Source of the DNA: a virus
Length of the DNA stretch: 64,000 bases
IMG/VR virus record: IMGVR_UViG_3300038393_001317
Strand: one strand, 5' to 3'
The notes beneath the pieces were generated by a model, which ran no database searches, was not told the DNA's origin, and saw only the letters and a list, made by a program, of their open reading frames with translations. Shown piece by piece: positions 1-9,033 of this stretch. The number at the start of each line of letters is the position of its first letter. The stretch's first letter is position 1. The position numbers and the translations under genes are program-made.

Positions 1-720
1 GGCCACGGCCAGCGAGACCTGGGAGTACAGCGCCGTGGTCTGCCCCATCATCGCGCCCAAGGGGTCCGCCAGGTCGGCGAGCTCGTCGGGCAGCATCGTG
101 CCCACGTCGGGCATCATGTCCTCGATTTCCTCGATCGACGCGTCCATGCTGTCCAGGCCCAGCTCCTCGAGCACGTCCGCGTCCTCCTCGTCGTCGCCGC
201 TCAGGATGACCACGCCCGGGTTCGTCTCGAGGACGGCCATCGTGATTTGGTACTGGGCCAGGAGCGGGCGCGACTTCGAGCGCCGCAAGACGAAGTTGAG
301 AGGCGCCACGACGACGGAGAAGCCGTCCAGGGCGTCGGAGAACACCAGGCGCACGCTGTTCGGGTCGATGCCGCGCGCGATCGCCAGCGCGCGCTTGGCG
401 TGCCACTGGTCGAAAACCTGGTCCTTGAGGTTCAGGAATCGCTCGACGCCGTCCTCGTCGCTTGAGGCGGTGCGGCGCCAGCCGGTGTGCCCGCTGATGG
501 TGATTTGCGGGATGCCGGCGCCGAAGCTGTCCGCCCAGGCGCCGGCCAGGGTCTGCTGCACGTTGATGCGCGACGGGTCGGTGCGCGTCAGCTCCTCCGG
601 CCGAATGACCAGGTCTACGAAGGCTTCCGGCGGCGTGACGCCCGTCGATTGGTCATCGAGCAGGAACGAAATCGGCCGCTCGCCGGCCTTCTGGCTGTCA
701 GGCGGGGCGAAGTTGGGCAT
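1..720 (-). CDS. tail/baseplate-associated structural protein, partial (3' end beyond window start); not in supplied ORF track
   Basis: Hand translation of - strand from ATG 720-718 stays open to position 1: MPNFAPPDSQKAGERPISFLLDDQSTGVTPPEAFVDLVIRPEEL...QITISGHTGWRR... Balanced residue mix and G/C third positions, unlike the Ser/Arg-rich + ORF 35..733. Directly downstream of spike gene. GTCGTGAC box upstream. Confidence 0.6.
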   Translation of the reverse strand, partial: MPNFAPPDSQKAGERPISFLLDDQSTGVTPPEAFVDLVIRPEELTRTDPSRINVQQTLAGAWADSFGAGIPQITISGHTGWRRTASSDEDGVERFLNLKDQVFDQWHAKRALAIARGIDPNSVRLVFSDALDGFSVVVAPLNFVLRRSKSRPLLAQYQITMAVLETNPGVVILSGDDEEDADVLEELGLDSMDASIEEIEDMMPDVGTMLPDELADLADPLGAMMGQTTALYSQVSLAVA

Positions 721-726
721 GCCGCG

Positions 727-742
727 AGGGTAAGGTCACGAC
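727..742 (-). promoter_or_regulatory. GTCGTGAC-CT-TACCCT box, 6 nt before ATG 720 (leaderless-type spacing)
   Basis: - strand reads GTCGTGACCTTACCCTCGCGGCATG; member of the 17-copy box family. Confidence 0.5.
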
Positions 743-743
743 C

Positions 744-1637
744 TCAATGCGGCGTGCTGACCTCGGCGCCGTCGCCCTGTTCGGTGTGACGGTGCGAGCT
801 TCCCACGTTGGTGCCGTTGTGGGTGAAGCTGCCGCCCGTTGCCGCCAGGTTGCCCGTGATGGCCGCGCCCTCGCCGCCGGAAACCGCCAGGCCGCCCTGG
901 ACGGTCACGTGGCCGGTGAAGGTGGAGCTCGGGCAGGTCACCAGGAGCTGGGGCGCCGTGAGGTGCGCGTTGCCGCCGGAGGTCACGTCCGTGGTGCCGG
1001 CCACGTTCACCGTGGCGTTGCCGTCGATCGTGACCTCGGCGTTGCCGCCGGTGTGCGACGTGAGGTTTCCGACGTGGTCCAGGTCGATGTTGCCGGACGG
1101 GTCAATCTGGAGACTCGCCTTCACGTCGCCGGCATTCGCGGTGACCAGGTGCACGTACGGCGCCGAGTCCGTGTTCTTGGTGATCTTCCATTCGCCGTCC
1201 ACGTCCTTGCCCGTCAGGTCCTCGTGCGCCGGCGTCGCGCCGATGCGAAAGAACGTGCCGCTGGGGTGCGAAACCTCGGTGTTGCCGTCCTTGTCGATCG
1301 TGACGTACACGTCCGACGGGTGCCGGTGGACGTAGAAGTCCTGGGCGGCGAAGGTCATCTCGCAAACCTGGGGGAACAGGAAGCCGAGCACAACGGGGTG
1401 CCGACCCATGAAGCCGACGATCGCCAGGCCGTCGCGGGTCGTCGCCTCGGTGAGGTCCCAGGCGTCGCCGCTCGAAGGCGTCTCGACGCTGGCGAGCGTG
1501 TTCCGGCCGGCGTTCGTGCGCGCGTCGCCGGACAGCACCTGCACGCCAGCCAGGCGCGAGCCGTCATCCAGCATGACCAGGTCGACGCTGTGATCTTCCG
1601 GATGCACTGCCGCCACGCGGCCGGGTCGCAAGCTCAT
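744..1637 (-). CDS. baseplate central spike (P2 gpV / Mu gp45-like)
   Basis: 297 aa. G/T/N-rich beta-helix-like repeats (GNAEVTIDGNATVNVAGTTDVTSGGNAHL). C-terminal SSHRHTEQGDGAEVSTP resembles the HxH..G..T..P apex of gpV-type spikes. Overlaps hub gene end (1634/1637). Confidence 0.7.
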   Translation of the reverse strand: MSLRPGRVAAVHPEDHSVDLVMLDDGSRLAGVQVLSGDARTNAGRNTLASVETPSSGDAWDLTEATTRDGLAIVGFMGRHPVVLGFLFPQVCEMTFAAQDFYVHRHPSDVYVTIDKDGNTEVSHPSGTFFRIGATPAHEDLTGKDVDGEWKITKNTDSAPYVHLVTANAGDVKASLQIDPSGNIDLDHVGNLTSHTGGNAEVTIDGNATVNVAGTTDVTSGGNAHLTAPQLLVTCPSSTFTGHVTVQGGLAVSGGEGAAITGNLAATGGSFTHNGTNVGSSHRHTEQGDGAEVSTPH

Positions 1638-3112
1638 TCGTCGGTCTCCGCCATCTCGGCCAGGTACGGCGTCGACGCGCCGCCGTCACGCTTCGCGCGC
1701 TCGATGAATCCGGTACCGCGCTCGAGCGTCAGGGTGCCAAAGAAGCCCTGCATCGGGACGTATTCGAGCGAGACCTGGGGCACGTAGTACTCGGCCGAGA
1801 ACGTGCCGCGCTGCAGGTTGATGTATGAGCCGGCGCGAATCTCCGGCCGGCCGCGCATGCGCATGGAGCCGTGCTCGAGCACGACGTTGTCGCGGTTCTG
1901 CTCCACCATGATGCGCCGGCGATCGTTCACCCAGTTGGACATGCTCACGTCGCGCGTCGCGACGGTGTTCTTGTCCTGGCCGCTGTTGAAGCTGGTCACG
2001 TCCTCGCCGCCCATCTGGGTCTCGGTGTCCATCAGGCGCACGCCGTACAGCGAGTCCTTGGCGTTGTCGTAGGTGTCGAGGATGAGGGTTTGCTTGTCGG
2101 CGTCCAGCGCGTACTGTTTGCGGAACACCTCGCTATTGAGGTCGAAGCGCGGCGAGCGCACCCAGTAGTAGTTCGCCACGTTCGCGTCGCTGCGCGAGAC
2201 CGACAGGCTGATCACGTCCGCGGCCGACACGTCGATCGAGTCGGGAATGTCGGCGCCGTTCTGGATGGCTTCGCCTGAGACGGCCTTGAACGGGTTGGTG
2301 CGATAGACCAGGTGAACGCCATCCTCGCGGTCCTCGAGGAACAGCTCGTTCCACACGCCCACGTCAAGGTACTGGCGCAGCAGGTCGTAGATCGTGCCGT
2401 CCTGGTTCTGTGGACCGGTCACGGACGTGACGCCGGGCACGTCGCTGACCGTGTCGACCAGGATTTCCTTCGGGTTCGGCGAGTTGGCCGGCATGAGCTC
2501 GGCCAGGTACGGGTTGAAGATTTTCGCGATGACCTCGCGCGCGAAGTCGACGCCCTTCTGCGTCGTCTCGAAGCCCACGCCGAACCTGGTGAACAGCTTG
2601 AAGTTGGACAGCACGTCCTGGCCGAGAACGTAGCCGGGCCAGTAGATGATGCGCATTTGCTGCCACAGCTTGCCGTAGTCCTGGCCGCTGATGACGACGC
2701 TGCGCATGGGCTTGCCGTCGGCGCTCATGGACTCGTTGCGCTGCACCTCGGAGACGAAGCCGCGCATCACGATCGGGAAGTCGTCGCCGGAGTCGTCGGC
2801 GTCGTGCATCATCCGAATCTCGACGTAGTCCATGGGCTCGATGAGCCCGTACAGCGTCTCGAAGTTGGCGCCTTCGGTGCCGTCATCGAACGGCTTGTCG
2901 ATCATCGTGATGGAGAACCCGCCGGCGGCCTCGCGCACGGATTTGGTCGTGCGCACGCTGCCGCCGTCGCCCAGGTGCGGAACCAGGTCGATGACCTGGC
3001 CGAGGCCCTGGAATCGGCTCGAGGTGGGCGTGCTGCCGTCGTCCAGGCGCGTGCGCTTGACCGTCTTGAACAGGTTCACCTGGATGCCAGGCTGGTAGAC
3101 CGGGACGCGCAT
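1634..3112 (-). CDS. baseplate hub / tail-tube initiator candidate (gpD / Mu gp44 slot)
   Basis: 492 aa with normal composition, lying between tape measure and spike. Function assigned by position only. Confidence 0.5.
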   Translation of the reverse strand: MRVPVYQPGIQVNLFKTVKRTRLDDGSTPTSSRFQGLGQVIDLVPHLGDGGSVRTTKSVREAAGGFSITMIDKPFDDGTEGANFETLYGLIEPMDYVEIRMMHDADDSGDDFPIVMRGFVSEVQRNESMSADGKPMRSVVISGQDYGKLWQQMRIIYWPGYVLGQDVLSNFKLFTRFGVGFETTQKGVDFAREVIAKIFNPYLAELMPANSPNPKEILVDTVSDVPGVTSVTGPQNQDGTIYDLLRQYLDVGVWNELFLEDREDGVHLVYRTNPFKAVSGEAIQNGADIPDSIDVSAADVISLSVSRSDANVANYYWVRSPRFDLNSEVFRKQYALDADKQTLILDTYDNAKDSLYGVRLMDTETQMGGEDVTSFNSGQDKNTVATRDVSMSNWVNDRRRIMVEQNRDNVVLEHGSMRMRGRPEIRAGSYINLQRGTFSAEYYVPQVSLEYVPMQGFFGTLTLERGTGFIERAKRDGGASTPYLAEMAETDE

Positions 3113-3113
3113 G

Positions 3114-5960
3114 TCAGGTGCCGGCCGGGCGGGCCGGGCCGCGGGCCGTCGCGATCGTGGTCACGGGCGCGGCCGCCGGCAGGCCGTTGGGTCCGTTCAG
3201 TTGGAAGGTGCCGGCAATCTCGAAGCGGCGGAAGTCCTCGCGGCCGCGCGCGGTTTCGGTGTCTGCCGGCCGCGGGAGCGGGGTCGCAGTCTCCACGGCG
3301 CCGCGCGCGGGCTTCCAGCCTTCGATTTGCTGTTGCGCATCCATGATGCGCGCGCGCTCCTCCGGAGAGTACTCGGACATGCGCTTGTCCTTGCCGCCGA
3401 CCGCCGACAACAGAGCGCCGGCGTAGGCGTCGGACTTGTTCTCGTTGGGCGGTGCCCAGCGCTTGGCGGCCTGCGATAGCGGCAGGTCCCGGTAGTTCTT
3501 GCCGGCAAACAGCAGGTTCTCCTGCGCCTTGCGGCCGGCCTCGTATGTCGGGAACACGGCAAAGCGCCCGTCGCTCGTCGTTGCGCCCTGCGACTTCGCG
3601 TAGTCCCCGTATTCGATGTTGCCGGGGTTGTTGTTTCGCCAGCTTCGCGAGCCCGCGCCCACCTTGCCCGCCGGCGGAGACTCGACGCCGGTCGGGTCCA
3701 GCTTCTCGGTCGACGGCAGGTCCGGGTTCAGCTTCCCGCGGCCACCACCAACGCCGCCGGCGTTGAAGTCACCCTCGTTGATCGAGGTGTCGGCCGCGGG
3801 CGTGTTGATCGCCTGGATTTCATGGAGCAGCTTGCGGCGCTCCTCCTTGATGGAAACGTCGTGCGTCGTGCGCGCCTCGTCCATCTTCTGCTTGATGCCG
3901 CGCTCTTTGTCGCGGAGCTCGGCGATGCGGGCGGCGTTCTCCTGGCGCTTCTCCGGCGACATGGTCTTGTCCGCCGCGGAGTTGCGCTCGAGGGCGTCGC
4001 GCTCGCTGGCGACGCCGGCGAGTTGGGTGTTGAGCTCGCTGCGCTGTTTCTCGTACGCCTGGCCGATGCGCGCCTGGCGCTCGTCGGACTCGGCTTTCGC
4101 GAAGCGCTCGCGAATCGCCATCGGGCCGCCGCCCTTCTCGCCGGCGAGCAGCATCAGGGCCATGCGCATGTCGTTCAGCAGCGGCACAGCCTTACCGGCC
4201 ATGTCCTGCACCGCGCGCTCGACGCCGTTGATCGTGGCGCGCGTGCGAGAGCCCTCGGTCTCCTCCTGGTGCTGTTTCGCGGCCGCGCGCGTCTGGCGGT
4301 CCTTCTCGTCGTCGGACAGAGAGCCGTCGGCCTCGATTTGCGACAGGCGCGAGATGCCGGTCGCATCCACGTCGTTCAGGTTGATGCCCAGCTTTTTCAG
4401 CCGCTTTCCGATGCCGCCGAGTTGCGCCGGCTCGATGGACGACAGCGCCATCGCCTGGCTGTTGTTCACGCCGAACAGGTTCGACATGGCGTTGACCATC
4501 AGCATGGGCTTGTCGCGGTAGACCTCCTTCATCTGCCGCATGATCAGCTCGAGGTTCGTCGCGTCCGAATCCGCGGCCTCCGGTCGGCTGAGGCCGTTCT
4601 TTTTGGCGAAGCTGTCGTACAACGAGCCCTCGCCGAACGTGCCGCGGCCGGTGCCAAACAGGCCCTGCTCGCGAAGCATCGCCGCCTGGATGGGGTCCAG
4701 GCCCAGGCGCGAACCGAGCGCCTGGTAGAGGAAATTCTGGCCCGCCTCGCCGGCGCCGCCTCCGCTGGCGATCGTGCTGTTCGCGCGACCCAGGAGAGCC
4801 GCCGCGCTGGCCGGGTCCATGCCGGGGATGCGCGAACCGATCATGCCGGTGTAGAAGCTCGTGTAGCCCTCGGCGTTGGCCCGGTTCATGCCCACGCGGG
4901 TTTGCTGCGCCGTGAAGCCGGCGATCGCCTCCAGGACCTCGTCGGCCTTCGCGAACTGCTTCGACTTCGCCAGGCTTTCGCCGATCACGAGCGCCAGGCG
5001 CCGGCTGTCCTCCTGCGACTGCGTGACCTGGAAAAGCCGCATCTGGGCGAAGAACTGCGTGCTCTGCGCCGGGTCCATGCCGAACGATCGTCCGAAGCCG
5101 CCGGCGGTGTTGACCTCCTCGGCCAGGGTCTTGTACTGCTCCGCCGACATGCCCGACAGCTTCGCGAACTGGGTCCCCAGCTTCTGACCCTCCTCGAACG
5201 TCATGTCCAGGCCGCGCGCCGCTTCGCGCAGCGACTCCTTGAGCCCTTCGAACTGCACGCCCACGTCGCCGAGCTGGCGCTTGAGCATGTCGTAGCCGAT
5301 GAACTCTTGCTGCGCGGCGCCGATCTTGTTCGCGATCGCGCCAATGAGTTTCACGGCCGCCATGCCGACGGCCGCGCCGATGCCGGCGCCCAGGCCCGCG
5401 GCCATGCCCGTCGACAGGCCGGCGTTCGCAATCTGGCCGCCGGGGCCCATCGCGTTGAGGCCGGCGCCGACGATGTTCGGCATGCGCGGGCCGCGGCCGC
5501 CGCCAGGAGGTGGGGGCGGTGCCGGCGGGGTCGGCGGTCCACCGCCCCCACCAGGCGGGGACGGCGGGCGCCCACCGGGCGGGGGCGCGGGAGCCGCGGG
5601 CGGCGCCTGGAAGCGACCGCCGCCGCTGACGTAGTCGAACGCCTTCTGCATTTGCCGGCCGCGCGAATGCTCGTCCGGGTACATCTGGCGCCAGTCAACA
5701 TCGAAGAACGGTTTGTCGCCCTGGCCCGTGGCCTTGAGGCGCTTGCGCAGGTCGCCCGACACGCGCTTGAGGCTTTCGAAGCCGGCATTCAGCCGCTTCA
5801 TGTCCTCGAGGGACGCCTTGTCGATCGGGTTGAACTTCTGGCGCGTCGCGCTGGCGATCGCGGCGCCGAGCTTGTTGAACTGCGCCGCGAAGTCGCTTAC
5901 GACACGGTCGGCATCGCCCTTGTCGAACGCTGCCTCTACTGGGATTTTGATGCCGGCCAT
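3114..5960 (-). CDS. tail tape measure protein
   Basis: 948 aa, longest tail-module ORF, immediately after the frameshifted chaperone. E/K/R/Q/A-rich coiled-coil-like centre. Gly/Ala hydrophobic segment GAGLNAMGPGGQIANAGLSTGMAAGLGAGIGAAVGMAAV. Pro/Gly tract. C-terminal WRNNNPGNIEYG module. Confidence 0.85.
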   Translation of the reverse strand: MAGIKIPVEAAFDKGDADRVVSDFAAQFNKLGAAIASATRQKFNPIDKASLEDMKRLNAGFESLKRVSGDLRKRLKATGQGDKPFFDVDWRQMYPDEHSRGRQMQKAFDYVSGGGRFQAPPAAPAPPPGGRPPSPPGGGGGPPTPPAPPPPPGGGRGPRMPNIVGAGLNAMGPGGQIANAGLSTGMAAGLGAGIGAAVGMAAVKLIGAIANKIGAAQQEFIGYDMLKRQLGDVGVQFEGLKESLREAARGLDMTFEEGQKLGTQFAKLSGMSAEQYKTLAEEVNTAGGFGRSFGMDPAQSTQFFAQMRLFQVTQSQEDSRRLALVIGESLAKSKQFAKADEVLEAIAGFTAQQTRVGMNRANAEGYTSFYTGMIGSRIPGMDPASAAALLGRANSTIASGGGAGEAGQNFLYQALGSRLGLDPIQAAMLREQGLFGTGRGTFGEGSLYDSFAKKNGLSRPEAADSDATNLELIMRQMKEVYRDKPMLMVNAMSNLFGVNNSQAMALSSIEPAQLGGIGKRLKKLGINLNDVDATGISRLSQIEADGSLSDDEKDRQTRAAAKQHQEETEGSRTRATINGVERAVQDMAGKAVPLLNDMRMALMLLAGEKGGGPMAIRERFAKAESDERQARIGQAYEKQRSELNTQLAGVASERDALERNSAADKTMSPEKRQENAARIAELRDKERGIKQKMDEARTTHDVSIKEERRKLLHEIQAINTPAADTSINEGDFNAGGVGGGRGKLNPDLPSTEKLDPTGVESPPAGKVGAGSRSWRNNNPGNIEYGDYAKSQGATTSDGRFAVFPTYEAGRKAQENLLFAGKNYRDLPLSQAAKRWAPPNENKSDAYAGALLSAVGGKDKRMSEYSPEERARIMDAQQQIEGWKPARGAVETATPLPRPADTETARGREDFRRFEIAGTFQLNGPNGLPAAAPVTTIATARGPARPAGT

Positions 5961-5984
5961 GGTCGCTCGATTATGTTGTCCCGT

Positions 5985-6552
5985 CTACGTGATGGTCACC
6001 CAGTCGTCCGGGTTCTCCTCCATCTGTCGCAACACGTCGTCAAGGTCGAAATCCTCGTCCTCGTCCTCGATCGTGGCCTTCGGGTTCTCCTTGAAGAACC
6101 AGGCCCAGTAGTCGGCCGCCATCTCCTCGATCGTGGCGGCGAGGAACCGCGGGTCGGTTGCCGTGAGTCCGTACTTCGCGCGGTACCAGAACTCCAGGCT
6201 AGACGCTCGGCGCTTGCCCGCCTCCTTGGACAGGCGCTTGCGGTTTTTTTCGAAAGGAGTCCTCCTTCGCTCGCAGCGCACCGTGCACCTTGAGCAGCTT
6301 GTTGTAGGTCTCCTCCTCCAGCGGGTCCATGGCGTCAATGTCCCAGTCGTCGGGGACGCGCACAGCCAGGGTCTTGATCACGGCGATGCACGTCGCGATC
6401 GTGTCCAGCCAGGGGGTCGGCTCGACGCCTTCGGTGAGGCGCGAGTACTCGACGTTGATCTTGAGATGGTCGGCCATCATGCGGCGGGCGAACATGAAGT
6501 TGCCGACGCCTGGCACTTCGACCGGGAAGTCCGTTGGGCTTGCTGCGTGCAT
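5985..6552 (-). CDS. tail assembly chaperone frameshift fusion (G-T-like), requires +1/-2 shift at A7 run
   Basis: The ORF 5985..6338 looks coding only downstream of the A7 run (...EKNRKRLSKEAGKRRASSLEFWYRAKYGLTATDPRFLAATIEEMAADYWAWFFKENP...DWVTIT). Its listed N-terminus is Arg/Trp-rich shadow of the G frame. Confidence 0.6.
6199..6552 (-). CDS. tail assembly chaperone (G-like, zero-frame product)
   Basis: 117 aa between tube and tape-measure genes. GGAG 9 nt upstream of ATG 6552. Ends ...KEDSFRKKPQAPVQGGGQAPSV shortly after an A7 run. Confidence 0.75.
   Translation of the reverse strand: MHAASPTDFPVEVPGVGNFMFARRMMADHLKINVEYSRLTEGVEPTPWLDTIATCIAVIKTLAVRVPDDWDIDAMDPLEEETYNKLLKVHGALRAKEDSFRKKPQAPVQGGGQAPSV
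6245..6251 (-). promoter_or_regulatory. slippery A7 run (recoding site) CGA AAA AAA CCG
   Basis: + strand ttttttt at 6245-6251. The T-extension frame is +1 relative to the G frame ((6552-6338) mod 3 = 1). Confidence 0.55.
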
Positions 6553-6573
6553 TGAGAGCTCCGGGGTTTAAGG

Positions 6574-6601
6574 AAAAAGGGCCGCCGGGGATGGGCGGCC
6601 C
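6574..6601 (-). terminator. intrinsic terminator after tail tube gene
   Basis: - strand GGGCCGCC-CATCCCC-GGCGGCCC followed by TTTTT. Confidence 0.65.
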
Positions 6602-6620
6602 TCTGCTGGTGTCGCCAGGC

Positions 6621-7046
6621 TTAGATGCTCAGGTTCACCACGTCCAGGGCGTTGAACTGCGCCGATGCCATGACGATGGCGTGCTTCTGCACTTCCACGT
6701 CGCCGCTGGCGTAGGAGCAGCCCACGTACTTGCGCAGGAGCGTGTTGTCGTCCTTCGAGTAGACCTCGATGTCGAAAACCAGCCCCAGGAGCATGCCGTC
6801 GCCGTTCTCGGCGGCGATGCCCACGTCGCGCATGTTGCCGCGGTTCAACACCATGGTCTGGACCGTGATGCTGTGGCGGGCCATGGTCGGGACGTACTCG
6901 ACGGCGTGAATGTCGCCGACGCCGGAGGCGGGCTCCGGCGAGTAGTCGTCGTTCATGCGCACGTTCTGCACCAGGCCGACCTGCTTGCCGTCGAACGTCA
7001 CGATGATGCGGTTGCCCGAGCGGGTCTTGAGGTTCTGCGTCGCCAT
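6621..7046 (-). CDS. tail tube protein
   Basis: 141 aa directly downstream of the sheath gene and upstream of chaperone/TMP. GGAGG SD. Confidence 0.7.
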   Translation of the reverse strand: MATQNLKTRSGNRIIVTFDGKQVGLVQNVRMNDDYSPEPASGVGDIHAVEYVPTMARHSITVQTMVLNRGNMRDVGIAAENGDGMLLGLVFDIEVYSKDDNTLLRKYVGCSYASGDVEVQKHAIVMASAQFNALDVVNLSI

Positions 7047-7062
7047 GTTGAACTACCTCCGG

Positions 7063-8778
7063 TTAGGCGGACGCGCTGCCCGAGAAGGCAGTCGCGAAGA
7101 TGGAGACCAGGACGTAGTTCACGCCGATGACCGGGTGGCACTCGAACTGCACGCGCAGCACGTCGCCATCGAGTTGCGCCTGGATGTTCTTGTAGGCCGG
7201 GTTGGCCTTGTCGCCGGTGATCACGCCCGGGCCCTGGGGCTCGGCGCGCGCGAGCTCCTTGAGCGTCGAGTCGACGCGGCTGACGGCTTGCGCGAGCAGG
7301 ATGGGCGTGCCCTTCATGCCGCGCAGATCGTCCAGCACGTCGCGGACGTTGCGCGCGACGAAGTCGACGGCGACGCCGGTCGAGACTTCGACGCGGTTGT
7401 AGTTGTCGTTCGCCAGCCAGGTCGTGATCGACTGGACGACCTTGTAGCCCTTCTTGGTGCGCTCGACGCACAGGACGCCGCCCTTGATGAGCTGGTCGGT
7501 GTCGGTCGGGTTGCGCAGGTAGCGCTCCAGGCCGCGGACCTTGATCGTCTTGTTCGTCAGCGGCGTGCCGGGGTTCACGCTGGCGAAGGCGCCGGCGATG
7601 AGGGCCGCGGTCATGTAGGCCGGGTACAGCGTCAGCTTGCCGTCGCTGTTGTAGTCGTAGTAGCCGATGTGCACGAGCGACGTGCGGTCGCTGTTCAGCG
7701 CCAGGGCCGCGGTGATCGCGGCCGCGTCGCTGGTGTTGGCGGCCGTGCCGACGATGCCGCGGCGCTCCATCTGGCCCACCGTCGACATGAACGAGCAGTG
7801 CGTGTCGTTCATGGCATGGATGGACGGGTCGGAGCTGATCGGCACGACCCACTGCACGTCCTCCTGCTGGAGCGCCGTGTAGCAGTCCGACCAGTCGCTG
7901 TTCGTGACCGTGCCGTCGGTGCCGCCGGCCAGGTACGTGAACCCGATGTTGGCGGGCGGTGCGCCGGCGCCGGTCGCGCGCGTCGCATCGAGGAAGCCCT
8001 CGGCGTTGCCGTTAATCCAGTCGATGCACGCCTGGAGGTCGGCGCGGACCGTGTAGAGCGCCGACTTCACGTCGACGTTCGTCACGAAGTCCAGGCCCTG
8101 GAGGGCGACCTTTTCGCCGTTGCCGTCGAGCACCGCCGCGGTGAAGCCGGTCACCGAGTTGATGTAGTCGACCACTTCCTGCACGCTGTCGTACACCGTC
8201 AGGTCCACCGTCGCCACCGTGTTGCCGGCGGGCGCCTGCAGCGTGATGGTGTTGCCGGCGATCGTCATGGTGCCGGTCGCCTGGGCGCCGGTGTAGCGCA
8301 CGGACATGGCCTTGCGGTACACGTCGTCCTGGCTGTAGTAGGACTGGCCGCGTTGCACGGTCAGCTTCTTGCCCAGATTCGTCGCGGCTTCCACCTTGAT
8401 CTTGATGGAATTGGCGACCAGGCCGTAGTCGGTCGACTTGAGGTCGATCGCGTTCGCGCTCGTGCCGTCCACCAGCGTGAGCGACGACTGCAACGCCGGG
8501 TTGACGCGCATCGCGACGACTTCCGCCGGCGAGCCGGTTTGCGCGCTGGGGTCGAACGCCTTGAGGACGGCGTCCAGCAGCTCGCCCGAGATGAGCGCAG
8601 CCTTCGCCTGGTCCGGCGAACCGAATCGCAGTGCCGTCTTGGGCTTGCCGCCCGCGGAGCGACCGATCAAGGCAACGACGTTGCCGACGGTCAGGTTCTT
8701 GTTGGCGAGGCCGGAGTCATCCACCACCGACGCGACCGCCGGCGAGGTGATGAGTCGGCCCCCGAAGAAAACGCCCAT
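7063..8778 (-). CDS. contractile tail sheath protein
   Basis: 571 aa in sheath-tube-chaperone-TMP order. GAGGAG SD. Assignment rests mainly on size and position. Confidence 0.75.
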   Translation of the reverse strand: MGVFFGGRLITSPAVASVVDDSGLANKNLTVGNVVALIGRSAGGKPKTALRFGSPDQAKAALISGELLDAVLKAFDPSAQTGSPAEVVAMRVNPALQSSLTLVDGTSANAIDLKSTDYGLVANSIKIKVEAATNLGKKLTVQRGQSYYSQDDVYRKAMSVRYTGAQATGTMTIAGNTITLQAPAGNTVATVDLTVYDSVQEVVDYINSVTGFTAAVLDGNGEKVALQGLDFVTNVDVKSALYTVRADLQACIDWINGNAEGFLDATRATGAGAPPANIGFTYLAGGTDGTVTNSDWSDCYTALQQEDVQWVVPISSDPSIHAMNDTHCSFMSTVGQMERRGIVGTAANTSDAAAITAALALNSDRTSLVHIGYYDYNSDGKLTLYPAYMTAALIAGAFASVNPGTPLTNKTIKVRGLERYLRNPTDTDQLIKGGVLCVERTKKGYKVVQSITTWLANDNYNRVEVSTGVAVDFVARNVRDVLDDLRGMKGTPILLAQAVSRVDSTLKELARAEPQGPGVITGDKANPAYKNIQAQLDGDVLRVQFECHPVIGVNYVLVSIFATAFSGSASA

Positions 8779-8793
8779 GGTGGACTCCTCTGG

Positions 8794-9021
8794 TTAAACG
8801 GGTTTGTTGCAGAAGTCGGAGTACCGCGAGCGGTAGGCCGCTTCGGTGTCCTTGACGTGGCCGGCGGCCGTCTCGGCGTGCTGGAAGCCGCCGATCATCT
8901 CCACGCGCTTGTCCGACTTGGACAGGCGGATGCAGAACTCCTCGAGCGTCACGTCCTCGGCGGGCGCGTTCGCGGCCGCTTGGTCGTTGGTCGTCTCGTT
9001 CGTGTTGCTGGACTTGCCCAT
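8794..9021 (-). CDS. hypothetical protein (75 aa)
   Basis: AGGAG SD, normal composition, tightly packed in the structural operon. Confidence 0.6.
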   Translation of the reverse strand: MGKSSNTNETTNDQAAANAPAEDVTLEEFCIRLSKSDKRVEMIGGFQHAETAAGHVKDTEAAYRSRYSDFCNKPV

Positions 9022-9033
9022 GAATGGCTCCTG

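Noticed and set aside
35-733. 232-aa + ORF at the window start
   Set aside because: It is Ser/Arg/Thr/Pro-rich junk. The - strand frame from ATG 720 gives a normal protein with a box upstream and continues the baseplate operon.
5970-5985. Degenerate box GACGGGAC-AA-CATAAT upstream of the tape-measure ATG (5960)
   Set aside because: It has two mismatches in the octamer. The hexamer and spacing are plausible, but I do not count it among the 17. It might be a weak internal promoter.
6997-7004. One-mismatch box-like octamers inside genes (ATCGTGAC at 6997, 23906, 39329 and 49984; + strand GACGTGAC at about 30250)
   Set aside because: They are not followed by an nAnnnT hexamer at the 2-nt spacing, and they lie deep in coding sequence (for example codons I-V-T). 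Counted as chance occurrences, not members of the family.
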